From: Octopus vulgaris | Taxonomy: Eukaryota | Assembly (NCBI GenBank): GCA_951406725.2 | Contig: OX597832.1 | Coordinates: 19,282,001-19,346,000, forward strand | Reading direction: 5' to 3' | DNA: 64,000 nucleotides | In this document: in pieces, positions 1 through 12,754 of the stretch | Position numbering within the stretch: the stretch's first letter is position 1 | How the letters are laid out: the number at the start of each line of letters is the position of its first letter | Program-made: the position numbers and the translations under genes | Notes under the pieces: model-generated | Seen by the model: only the letters and a program-made list of their open reading frames with translations | Told to the model about the DNA's origin: nothing | The model's database searches: none

Positions 1-844
1 TCGTAAAACTTGTGCGGACAAGAAAAAGAGACAACGGGTACGTACTCAACTGTACCGGACTAATATGTTCACATTGACTGAAATCTTGCACCACTTGGAC
101 TAAATAAGTTAATAACCCGTGTAGATTAGCTAATAATCCTTGATCTGAAAGAATATGATGCTCAGTTCCAAGCTATTTCAGAGAAGATTTGGGAAAATCT
201 CAAGATGTGTACTTCTAAGAAAACAGATTGATTTTTTTTGTTTTTTTTTAGTCTTTTCCTATAAATATGAAAAATACTTAAATATGCCCTCAATACTACA
301 ATGCTTACATGAATAAACAGTGTATTCATGAGAATTTTTTTTGTGTGTTTTTTTGCTTTCTGTGAGAAGACATGACTTGGATTCTTGCGTTCAATTCCCG
401 AGTCAGTCAGTGAGTTGTGGTCTTCAGCAAGGTACGTCGTTTCACGTTTCTTCATTCTAATACAACACCAGCCAGTGCTCGGCACAGCCTTCTCCCCACC
501 TCAGCTATCGCGTCTTGAATGTTCTTTGGGTCAACATTAAAGGAATAATCAAGATGTATATGTCTACGACAATAAAAACAAACTTAAAACAGCGAAAGTA
601 TGGAATATATTACATTCAAACTTCACTCTGCTGATGTTAGACATTTCTGAAAGAAATCAAAGCCAAATCCTTATCATCTAAAACGTTATTGCAGTAATTC
701 TCGGTTCTTTTGAATTCGTGGCACATTAGAGATTAGATAAAGAAAAAAATAACTGCGGCTGCACCTTGCATGAGAAGTAAGGCAAATTATTTTGCAGTTA
801 AAGTTACAAATTAAATAATTACAAAAATATTTTTTCCTTTTAGC

Positions 845-1246
845 TTTTATTTCATTTGTTTCAGTAATTTGACCGCGGTCATGCTGGAGCACCACCTTTA
901 GTCGAGCAAGTCAACCCCAGAAATTGTTCTTTGTAAGCCTAGTATTTATTCTATCGGTCTCTTTTGCCGAACCACTAAGTGACGAGGACACAAACGCACC
1001 AGCGTCGGTTGTCAAGCGATGTTGGAGGGACAAACACAGACACACAAACACATACACACACATACACACACATATATACATATATACGATGGCTTCTTTC
1101 AGTTTCCATCCACCAAATCCACTCACAAGGTTTTGGTCGGCCCGAGGCTATAGTAGAAGACACTTGCCCAAGGTGCCACGCAGTGGGACTGAACCCGGAA
1201 CCATGTAGTTGGTAAGCAAATTACTTACCACACAGCCACTCCTGCG
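845..1246 (-). mobile_element. SINE family A, full length
   Basis: Near-identical to the reverse complement of 42887-43300. Confidence 0.92.
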
Positions 1247-1753
1247 ATATTCTAATCATATCTATATTCTATTCATATTTATATAACAATATGATTTTTC
1301 TCCAATAAGCCTGAGATTTTGGGGAAACTTTAGTCGTAACATCGATTTCAGTGTTTAACAGGCACTTATTTTATTGACCCCGAAAGAATTAAAGGCGAAG
1401 CCGACCTCGGCGTAATTTGAACTAAAAGGTGAGGACGAGCGAAATGCCGTCCAGCATTTTGCTCGGTGTGCTATCGATTCTGCCAGCTCAATACCTGAAC
1501 ATTTTATTCCGATCCTCTAACGGTTCTGTCAGTTTGTGAACCTTAATGACTGAATAACATTTGCCAGTTGTTTGTCAACTACAAGACAGGTGCAGTACAA
1601 GAAAATTCATGTCTTCGTTTATTTATCTCAGCAATGATTGTAAACAAAAACGTGTTAATACATTCACACTGACCCACAAACTATGTGAGTAATATAACTC
1701 ACAACGTTATCGTTATTAGGACGTTGCACTGTTCGCACAACCAAGGTAACGGA

Positions 1754-1914
1754 TCTCGCCACTTGCTAGAAATAGCAGACTAATTAGCTCAAATTGACCG
1801 AGCTTAAACAGTGACATATCCGCTTAAGTTTTTTTCTTAATTTTTATTAGTATTTTCTCACTGTGGGTTTGGTAGACGGAAACTGAAAGAAGCCCATCGT
1901 ATATATGTATATGT

Positions 1915-1978
<64 letters not shown>

Positions 1979-2149
1979 ATGTTTGTGTCTCGTCACTTGC
2001 TAGAAATAGCAGACAAATTAGCTCAAATTGATCGAGCTTAAACAGTGACATATAGGCTTTAGTTTTTTTCTTAATTTTTATTAGTACTTTCTCACTGTGG
2101 GTTTGGTAGACGGAAACTGAAAGAAGCCCATCGTATATATGTATATGTA

Positions 2150-2240
<91 letters not shown>

Positions 2241-2427
2241 GTGTATGTTTGTGTCTCGCCACTTGCTAGAAATAGCAGACAAATTAGCTCAAATTGACCG
2301 AGCTTAAACAGTGACATATAGGCTTTAGTTTTTTTCTTAATTTTTATTAGTACTTTCTCACTGTGGGTTTGGTAGATGGAAACTGAAAGAAGCCCATCGT
2401 ATATACGTATATGTGTATATATATATG

Positions 2428-2487
<60 letters not shown>

Positions 2488-2521
2488 TGTGTGTTTGTTA
2501 GTACCGCCAACATCGCTTGAC
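1754..2521 (+). repeat. Three-copy tandem duplication (unit starts 1754, 1988, 2254) containing a SINE A fragment and microsatellites
   Basis: TCTCGCCACTTGCTAGAAATAGCAGAC...GAAAGAAGCCCATCG is repeated three times; periods of 234 and 266 bp differ by CT/TA repeat length. Confidence 0.95.
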
Positions 2522-2732
2522 ATATATACGTATGTGTGCGTATGAGTATGATATTCCATACTTGTATGTGAGTGAATTTCATCCGCTGATTGCACACGAA
2601 TTAAAATGTTGTAGTCCCCGCGTATTATTATTATTCATATAATTCTGTTTACTCAACTTATTTAGTGTTTTTTTATTATTTTTTTTTCTGGAAATGAAAT
2701 TCCGATACAAAATTAAGCTGTAAAACACTCAC

Positions 2733-2791
2733 GGCCTGAATTATGTTCCAGACCAAAGACAGAAAGAGACGTTAAAACGCCTCCTGCCAAT
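2733..2791 (-). other. Candidate 59-nt internal exon
   Basis: Acceptor GGTTTTGGTTTACAG| and donor |GTGAGT. One open frame: LAGGVLTSLSVFGLEHNSG. Confidence 0.4.
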
Positions 2792-3254
2792 CTGTAAACC
2801 AAAACCAATAAATGAATATTATTTTGCGGGCGGGAGATTTTATAATTTTCGTTTTGATATGTTTGCGTGGGGAGTGGAATAAAAAATAAAAACAAAACGA
2901 AGTGAAAACAGACACACAGAATTTTTTTTGTTATTATTTTGTATTGATTTTTCATGCTTTTTTTAGTTTTTTAAACAGATTTTTACGCCTTATAGGCTAT
3001 TTCCCTTCCTGTCAGGCATCAGAGCTGGGGAGAGAAATATAAGAGGGAGGCTGGATTAAGAGGCTACTATTTCCACACCCGCCTTATCCTGCTAAACGCA
3101 AATATAAAATAATAAAAGGAGAATAATCAAAGAGAGACACTACAAGAAAGCAAATATAAAAATGAATATTTTTAAAAGGATTAAATATATGTCTAAGTGC
3201 GTGCGTAGACGCGCATGTTTATACAAAACAAACAAACACATACACGCATTCTGT

Positions 3255-3855
3255 TATTCTTTTACTTGTTTCAATCATTTGACTGCGCCCATGCTGGAGC
3301 ACCTCCTTAGAGAGTTTTTAGTCGCAGAAATGAACCCCTTGACTTATTATATGTAAGTCTGGTACTTATTCAATTCGTCTCTTTAGACGAACCGCTAAGT
3401 TACTTGGCTGTAAACACACCGGCATCGGTTGTCAAGATGACATATATATATACATATAAGGATAAGATCGATATTGAAATACCGATCTTATCAGGTGGCC
3501 AGCATGGGAAAAAAACCTTCGAAGTTAATAATAATTATTAAAATTATAGGGTATCTAAGAGATACCACCACGCTGGAAATAGCAGCTAAAACTTGACTCT
3601 AAACCACATTAAAATGCTCATAGAGAACCAGGTGAGAAGATATTCAGATATCACATAAATACAAATATATATATATATATATATATGCAACATATCGTAT
3701 GTTGTATATATATATATATATATGACGGCCTTCCTTCAGCTTCTGTCTACGAAATCCATTCACAAGATTTTGGCCCATGGTGCCACGCAGTGAGACTAAA
3801 CCCAGGAACATGTGGTTGGGAAGCAAGCTTCTTACTACACAGTCATGCCTGCACC
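3255..3855 (-). mobile_element. SINE family A with about 210-bp foreign insert (3455-3665) in its internal microsatellite
   Basis: Tail half at 3255-3440 and head half at 3722-3855, separated by unrelated sequence. Confidence 0.85.
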
Positions 3856-4021
3856 TATGTATCATAATATTATATTAATAAATATAATACTGTTAATACT
3901 GGTTACACATTTTAGCACAAGGCCAGCAATTTCGGGGGAGGAGTAAATCGACTACTTATTGACCCAGAAAGGATGAAAGGCAAGTTCGACCTCAGCAGAA
4001 TTTGAACTCGGAACGTAGCGC

Positions 4022-4285
4022 ATGAGGATATCGAGTAAGCGATAAGAACTATGAAAAGTAACAAGTCAGTGGGATTCGATGACATGTTACCTGAGGTTGA
4101 AGAAAATGGTGCTAATCTGCTTCATTATCAACTGTCTCGCCTCCTTATCAAGTCTTAATAACTGAAGATGTACCAGTGGACCCTAAGGATTGAACAGTCT
4201 TTGCAATCCACGAAAAGAGAGATAATCAATAATAATGTGGAAACTATCTCAGACTATCTCTTGGTGGCAAATATCTCGATGTTTT
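4022..4285 (+). pseudogene. Decayed LINE reverse transcriptase N-terminal fragment
   Basis: Reads AIRTMKSNKSVGFDDMLPEV...EDVPVDPKD*...HEKRDNQ**CGNYLRLSL, matching the LINE K(A/S)xGxD...KKGD...CxNYRxISL block. Confidence 0.75.
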
Positions 4286-5129
4286 AAACAGCGCATGTCC
4301 ATATGCAGAAATTTACGCGGAATGTTATTTGTAGAATGTTTTAAGTTAAATAAATATCTCAACAATTTCGGATGCCCAAACCTGATGCGTCTTTAATTTT
4401 CGTTTTTTTTTTCTTTTCGTAAGTTATTCTCAGATAATTTCACTAGCTTTCAAATATAACTCGCTAACAAGTTATATTTTCATATTAGAAATACAGAAAG
4501 AGTGAGTGTGCTTGTAGAATGAAGCATTGAAGGACTTGTTTGAAGAGTCGTCATTTACTAAAACACAATCTGCTTGGCATTTTACTCAGCAAGTTCTTAC
4601 AAGAGGGTAATTTACATTAATATATCTACAGATATTTTGTTATTCTTAGAAGTTTTTGATTTCCGTGTTTACTAGCGATTTCGGAATGGTTAGAATTTGT
4701 CGATATATATATGCAAATTTGTATGTTGTAGCAAATGAAAACACGGCAATTTATTCGCTTAGATGTTCTCAACATGAACGGATATGAGGTAGCTTAACAC
4801 AGACAACTCGTTTAATCCCTATTCATTTTATTAATCTACTTATAGACAGTATTTCGTTGCGGGTATCAGATATATCGTCAAAAATGACTTGGTTTGAAGA
4901 AAGCAAATAGAATCAAAAGATTTTCTTTACCAAGTTCTTACTTGCTAGGGTTTGACTGAGAAAGTTTACCTATAAAAGCAGCTTTGCTATGGGATTTATA
5001 TATTTATAATAAACAAAGACTTAATTATATTAAAATTTATATCAAGAAGGTTTTCAAATATTTGACCAGCAATAAAACCTAATTACTTATTTACTGAGAT
5101 TGTTTACAACATATTCGTTGAAAGTAGAA

Positions 5130-5362
5130 AGACTTCCGGGTTACAAACAGTCGCCATCTTTATTTGGGTCGCTTATGATAGAAGGACAATTATCATATTT
5201 TGTTGAGAAATTGAATTCCTTTCTGCTCTAGCAAATTGGCTTGCAATTTTAGAGGAGCAGCCTGCGAATTTGTTTCCACGAGAGTTCCGGACCCCTGTTA
5301 TGAACTCATTTGCATACAGCCAATCAGAGCTCAGCTATCAAACTAATTTATGACCACATGAC
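5130..5362. promoter_or_regulatory. Candidate promoter: ETS, YY1, octamer, CCAAT, Hox/Cdx-like and E-box motifs
   Basis: ACTTCCGG 5132-5139, CGCCATCTT 5152-5160, ATTTGCAT 5308-5315, AGCCAATCAG 5318-5327, TAATTTATGAC 5344-5354, CACATG 5355-5360, all in repeat-free sequence. Confidence 0.55.
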
Positions 5363-5635
5363 AAGTGATGGGCGATACGATAATGTCACTTGGGTAAAGA
5401 ATCACCATGCTTCATTTCTCTTTTAAGAATACTCGTTGTTCTTGTTCTTGTTTCAACCATGGTTGCCTTTGCGTAGTTATTTGTGTCGTTGTTTACTTTG
5501 TGAAGCATAAAGGAGAGAGGGCTGCAACCACATCACATTTTCTATCACATTTTCCCCATCCACACCTTTACTATAGGAGCCCTAACAAAATCTGACAATA
5601 GGTATCGCTGCAAATCTATCTAATTACTTGTCTCC

Positions 5636-6061
5636 GGCGATCTTTCGTCTCTAGTAGACCTTTCCGTCGATTTCCGTAAAAAAATTTTTTTTTTACATAT
5701 GGGCTTGCGGGAACTTTTTAAGTAATATACATACATATACACACACACCGAGTTAAAAATTTCAGTTATCTCTTTCTTTCACACATTACTCTGTCTCTTC
5801 ACACATACTAACAGAAGCACTTCACTTACACAACATACTGTCTGTCTCCCACACCCCATCAAACACACACACACACACACACACATGTACATCAATGCTT
5901 CACATGCACGGTAACTTCAAAAGAATTTCCCTCGTCATACAATCGCTTTCTCTTAGTCTCTTTCGCTCTCATTACTTCAAAAGTTCTCGCAAGCCCATAT
6001 GTAAAAAAAAAAAAATTTTAGGGAAATCGACGGAAAGGTCTACTATAGACGAAAGATTGCC
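5636..6061. mobile_element. MITE with about 90-bp TIRs and 9-bp TSD (Merlin- or Mutator-type)
   Basis: TIRs GGCGATCTTTCGTCTCTAGTAGACCTTTCCGTCGATTTCC... and ...GGAAATCGACGGAAAGGTCTACTATAGACGAAAGATTGCC. Exact TSD CTTGTCTCC at 5627-5635 and 6062-6070. Confidence 0.9.
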
Positions 6062-6094
6062 CTTGTCTCCTTCTAAAATCATGCATAACTTAGC

Positions 6095-6270
6095 GATCGG
6101 TCGACTTACAACACCGTTCTTCGTCTTGAGTTTACTTGGTAGAGTGTGTTTAAGCAAGACATTGGATGTTTTTAACTCATTCACAAATGTTAAGCATATT
6201 CTGTTGAAAATCGATCGGTCGATTTACAACACCGTTCTTCATCTTGAGTTTAGTTGGTATAATGTGTTTG
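6095..6270 (+). repeat. Diverged two-copy repeat with about 117-bp period
   Basis: GATCGGTCGA(C/T)TTACAACACCGTTCTTC(G/A)TCTTGAGTTTA(C/G)TTGGTA occurs twice. Confidence 0.85.
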
Positions 6271-6454
6271 TTAACTTGACAACCTGGTCGAGGTGAGCTC
6301 TGGTTGGCTGTATGCAGTTGAGTTCATTACTAGTGTCCTCATTACTAGTGTCCGGATCTCTCACGGGAAAAAGAAATTCGAGAGCGGGATAGTCGATTTC
6401 ATTGACCTCGGAGCTCAACTGGTACTTATTTCATTGAAACTTTTCTACACACAC

Positions 6455-6512
<58 letters not shown>

Positions 6513-7565
6513 AAATTAAAGTCGAGTTAAAAGTGCAGGCAATGTATCATGATGCACACGCACGCGCAGAGACACACACACGCACACTTATATACATATG
6601 AAATAGAGATATACATCGCTATGTATATATGGGTTATATACTTCTGACTGCCTCTGTGTGTGTGTTCAGATATACTTCAGAATATGTGTATTTTGTGTTT
6701 AAATGCGTGTGTATATCTCATTTCATGTGTAGTACACACCTCTGTGTATAGGTGTATTTATCGCCGCCAGGTGTTTACGACACACACCACATACCCCTAA
6801 TCTATCGGATTATTGCTGTCCTGTAGTATGACCAGATTACTGCTGGTAAGCCTCTTGGATCAGAACATCTTAAGAAAAAGTATATACATACATATATACA
6901 TATATATATATTCATGTCAGTTTATATTTGTATACATACACTTAAACACACACGCACGCACATATATATATGCGTGTGTGTGTATATATATATATACATA
7001 CATATATATGTACATATCTATATATGTAAATATATTTATGTATCTATGTATGTGTGTGTTCATGTATGTATTTGGAAATTTGTAAATAAGTGTACGTGTG
7101 TTTACGTGATAGGTTGTATGAGTATATATTTCAGAATATACTGAACCACCATGTTCAGACCTTTTTTTTTGTATCATTCTCTCTTGTTTCTGTGAAAAAA
7201 GGGGCTCCTGTACCGTGGCACCTGTACTATTCTGATCAACGAATCAGTGATCTGTCTTAATGATCAAGCGCATTTCATACGGCAAGGAATTACTTATAGA
7301 TCCATCCGTTTCAACTTACCAACGTAATCTTCATTATTTCTTAAATATTTTGAGTGGCATCTGTTCCCTTGTATCAACAGCTGCACAAGATGTAATTCAC
7401 AGGCTTTCGATACTACCATACTTGCATGAGATGCACTCTTTCCTTTTCTCTTATTTTTCGCTCTCCTCATCTATCCTTCCTGTAAATGTGCTTGTGCTCG
7501 AAACGTTAAAAACTTCTTCCGATATTTCAGACCGTCAGTATGTCAGTATCATACAATGTCCTATA

Positions 7566-7599
<34 letters not shown>

Positions 7600-7664
7600 G
7601 GCGGGGAGGGGGTATTATTTAATTATTAATTATTTTTTGTAATATTAAAGGCTAGCTTTGCAAC

Positions 7665-7920
7665 CACATGGTTTTGTTTCAGAAGCGTTGGTCTCATCAA
7701 AGCCTTGTGAGTGCCAATGTTAGATAGTAGGTGAAAGAAACCTGTCGTATATGCATATGTATGTATATATGTATGTATGTGTGTGTGTGATATGTGTATG
7801 TGTGTTTCTTTGTCACTCACCAACACTTGACAATGGTGTTGGTGTGTTTCCGTTCAAGTAACTTATCGGTTCGCCAAAACATAACGACGAATTAAGCTCA
7901 GACTTGAAAAAAAAGTATAT
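7665..7920 (+). mobile_element. SINE family A, diverged partial copy
   Basis: AACCACATGGTT...AAAGCCTTGTGAGTG...GAAAGAAACCTGTCG-microsatellite-CTTGACAA...TCGGTTCG. Confidence 0.75.
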
Positions 7921-8025
7921 ACAACACAGAAGTCCGGATGGAACTTTTACACAAACACACACACACATCGAAATCTATAGCTATCTATCAATAAATATAT
8001 ATAGATATATACATGTGTGTGTGTG

Positions 8026-8073
<48 letters not shown>

Positions 8074-8513
8074 CACATATATATTTATAGATATATATAT
8101 AGATATCGATGTATGTGCGTGTGTGTGTACAAAAGTTCCTTCCCGAATTCTGTGTTGTATATATTCTCAACAGGACAGGCCGGCGGACAGCCCTAGGATT
8201 ACATATTTTGGGACAGGAACGCCTCTTCAGGAATCGAAACTACAAGCTAACGATTATGGGTACAAAATCTTGACCACTAATCCACGTATTCTACACTATA
8301 TATGAACGTATGTTTATGAGTGTATTGTGTTTGAGTTTATGTATGCTCACACCTATATACACATATATACTGATATACGGATATAGACATACACACATGT
8401 AGATAGACAGATGGATGGGTTGGTGTGCGTCATGCAAGTGTTAGTTGACATGTATTTGTGCATTTAATATCCATGGCGCACACTTACACACAAATATAAT
8501 ATGTATGTATATA

Positions 8514-8568
<55 letters not shown>

Positions 8569-8708
8569 GTGCGACCGCGTCTGTACCGTTGGCGATTTCT
8601 TTCCTCTGTCTTCCCTTCTCTGGATCTTTCCTTCCTGAGCGTCCAATAATACTATATTTGTTCAACGTCCTCGCGTTGTTGTGTCTTTTTGTGCTTTCAT
8701 GTTTGGAT

Positions 8709-8751
<43 letters not shown>

Positions 8752-8796
8752 AGATAGAGAAAGAAAAGGAGATATACATAGATAGATTGATTGATT

Positions 8797-8837
<41 letters not shown>

Positions 8838-9185
8838 CTACATACATACATACATATTTACATACAAACATACATACATACATACATACATACATGCATA
8901 CATGCATACATACATACATACATACATACATACATACATACATACATACATACATACATGCTTATGCATGTATGTATGTTGCCTGTCTCGCTTCTCTATT
9001 TGTTTCTTTCGTTGTTCGAAAAAAGTTCGTTTTCCATGTTTTTGCTTTTTTAAGTTCTCGTTCTTCATTTTCTTCGCGTTTTCTTGACATCCTGTACCCA
9101 TATATACATATCTATGTAGGTATGTACATATATGTATGTATATATGCATATATATGTATTATATATAAATAAATATACGGATATG

Positions 9186-9235
<50 letters not shown>

Positions 9236-10412
9236 ACTAAGCTGTTCTGCAAAAGGGAACGATAATATAAAAACAAAAAAGTAACTGAGTTGATTCGTGT
9301 GACCAAAATTCTGGAAGCTGATGCTCCAGCATTGCCGCAGTCTAATGACTGTATCAAGAAAAAGGTAAAACATTAAAGATATCATACGCATCGTGTACAA
9401 ATAAACGATGCAGAAATATTGTAGGGAATGGTACGTATATTGATCAGGTTTATATTCATAATATATTAATGATTGTGTGCGTATGTATGTGTATAATATA
9501 AACAGTAGACGCAGAGATACGTAAACGCATACACAATCGCTCTCAATCACTCACGCATACACACATACAGACATATATACGCACACGCGTATCTAACCAA
9601 AGAGTGTCTACACGAAAGGTTCAAAACCCGCAAATCCTACAAATGAACGCCCAACGCCACCGAACGTCTCCGAGGTTATATCGTGAACAGACCGACTTAC
9701 TATCGCACACATAGATTGCCACGCCTGCACACAACTGCACATACACGCACAAACACATATATATATATATATATATACACACATACATTGGAATACACAC
9801 GCGTGCACTTATATACAAACGCACTCTCTCACTGAGACAAACAGCAGACACACAACTCGCAGCGCAGGAAAGAGATAGAGACGTAGAGAAAATTTATAGA
9901 AGACCTCCTTAAAGGAAGGAAGGATGGTTGAGCGCCTGGCTGACTGTAGTGGTGGTTTCTGCCGTCATCACGAAGACAATAATACAATGACAACCTCGGT
10001 AATACACAGTGGTTGAGCTGTAATCAACCGACTAACCTACCGACCAACCAACAAGGCCCAAACAAGAAATACATTTTTAAGAGGCTTTCGGATGAAATCT
10101 AATGTCTAATGAGTTTTAAAACAGCAGATGTTTCTTAGATTGTTGGAAAAGTCACACATACACGCGTACACCCCACACCTACAGACATGCGCACACACGT
10201 ATATAAAAGCGCTCACATACACAAGAACACATATACACATACTTACAAACATTGCTGGTAGGGGAAGGAGTAACAGGCAGAGTGGAGTATGTAGGTTTGC
10301 TTCTATATATGTATATGTGGGGGCTGGGCATATATGTATATATATATATATATAAATGCATATGTGTTTGAGGGAAATTATGTATATGCGTTGGATGTAG
10401 ATATCTAGATAG

Positions 10413-10504
<92 letters not shown>

Positions 10505-10689
10505 GTAATTATTACGTCGCACCAATAAATTTGCAGGAATATTGGTGGCGCCGCCCTAGAATTGTCAGAGCCCGATAACGGTAACCAGTAAGTGTTACAT
10601 ACGTATTTACACGCACACAAAAACACACATATAGATGTTTATATATTTAAAAAGCATACACTAACATGACACACATACACTTAAATATA

Positions 10690-10709
10690 TAATGATGATG
10701 ATGATGATG

Positions 10710-10802
<93 letters not shown>

Positions 10803-10818
10803 TTAATAATGATAATGA
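10690..10818 (+). repeat. (GAT)n/(TAA)n microsatellite, representative of dozens of simple repeats
   Basis: Directly visible. Other examples: (TAGA)n 8780-8836, 10406-10503, 52861-52930; (TG)n 11740-11852; (TA)n 15820-15943; (TAA)n 33565-33685; (GAA)n 35421-35477. Confidence 0.98.
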
Positions 10819-11029
10819 ATAATTTGGACAAAAAGTTTCAGTATATATATATATATATATACATTCAAAAATATACATATATATATATATATCTATATAT
10901 AGATGTGTGTATGTGTGTATGTATACACACAGATATATTTATATACATATATATGTTTGTGTGTGTGTACTGTAGGTAATTATGTTCATATATGTGTTTA
11001 GGAAGACAGTTAAAAATAATTGGAATAAG

Positions 11030-11503
11030 TTGGAGGAATGGTGAGAGGAAGAAAAATTGGATAGATTAAATGTGAGAGATAGAGAGAAAGAGAGAGAGTG
11101 GGGGGGAGAGAGAGATGAAGAAAGTGTAGAAGACAGAAAGAGATAAAGGAAAACGTAAATGGTGGTGGCATTGAGAGAAGAGAAAGTAAATATGGATCTG
11201 TAGACATGGGAGAGAGAGAGATAAAAAAGGGAGAGAGGACTGTTGTAGAGATGTGAGTGAAAGTATGAATGAATGGGTGAGGGGAGAATGGAAAGTGAAA
11301 GAGAGACAGAGAGAGGGTGGTGGGAGAACTAGAGAGAGAGAAAGTGAAAGAGAGAGAGAGAGAGAGGGAGACACAGAGAGTTTAACTATTCTGCAAACAT
11401 TTTCGATGTGACAGCTGCCCTCTTAGATTTAGGGTAAAAATAAAATAAATAAAAAACGGAAAAACTGATAATTGAATAATTAAATATATGAGGCAGAATG
11501 ATG

Positions 11504-11554
<51 letters not shown>

Positions 11555-11650
11555 GAAGGAAGAGGGAGAGTCAAAGACAAAGGAAAAATAAGAAAATGAG
11601 AGAGAGAGATAGATAGAGAGAGAGAGAGATGTTTGAAAGGAGAAGAGAGA
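11030..11650 (+). repeat. Long polypurine, (GA)n-rich tract
   Basis: About 600 bp strongly purine-biased, with several perfect (GA)n runs. Confidence 0.85.
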
Positions 11651-11745
11651 AAAAATACTTATAACGAAAGTTTAGAAATGTAGACAAATATGAAAGGAAA
11701 AAAACGAAACATTGTAAATTCAGAAAATAAGTTGTCACTCTGTGT

Positions 11746-11856
<111 letters not shown>

Positions 11857-12234
11857 TGTGCGTGTGTAAATATTCTCATGGGTATGTATGTATATATGTA
11901 TATATATATATAAATATATGCGCTTCTATACATATGCATGTATATTTATATGTACGTATATATGTATGTGTGTATATAAATGTGTGTATGTATGTGTGTA
12001 TATTACACGTGTTTTTATAATTTGTGCGTTGCACATGTAAGATAATATTATAATGTAAATGTATATATGTATATATACATGCGCGTGTGTGTGTGTGTGT
12101 GCATATGTATGTGTGTATATATATATATATAGACATAGGGAGAGCGAAAGAAAGTGAAAAAACGAATGTATTTTATATATGATATACATTTAATATTTAT
12201 AGCACACACAAAAACACACACATATATACATATA

Positions 12235-12268
<34 letters not shown>

Positions 12269-12350
12269 GACACATACGTATGTGTGTTTGTGTATATATA
12301 TATATATATATTATATGTATATATATATATCATATATAATACATATAATA

Positions 12351-12389
<39 letters not shown>

Positions 12390-12722
12390 TGAGTGATTAA
12401 ATGATAAACGCTTTGTTGCTGATATAACTTCGGGGCAAATATAATACTGCTAATCCTAATAATAATAATACTATTAACATAAATATTAACTGTGGTAGGA
12501 ATGGTAGTAGAAGTAATAATAATAATAATAATAATGATAATAATAATAATAACCACGAGAACAACAACCAGCACACAGTCATCCTGGTGATATTTAAGGC
12601 AGCTGTATGGCTGTGCTTAAAGATAATGCGACGAACATTAACCCACGTTGTATTCTACCCTGTTACGCTAAATCGGTAGAATGAGAGGGAAAGCGATCAT
12701 TACTGCAATCATCATCATCATT

Positions 12723-12754
<32 letters not shown>

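Noticed and set aside
1-173. Open minus-strand frame LGTEHHILSDQGLLANLHG... running off the window edge
   Set aside because: Stop immediately upstream, no recognisable domain, and truncated by the window.
924-1215. Recurring ORFs such as FFVSLVLILSVSFAEPLS and CHAVGLNPEPC that look like a gene family
   Set aside because: They are antisense translations of SINE family A copies.
1754-2521. CRISPR-like repeat-spacer pattern
   Set aside because: Eukaryotic DNA, units longer than 230 bp, and the variable parts are microsatellites rather than unique spacers.
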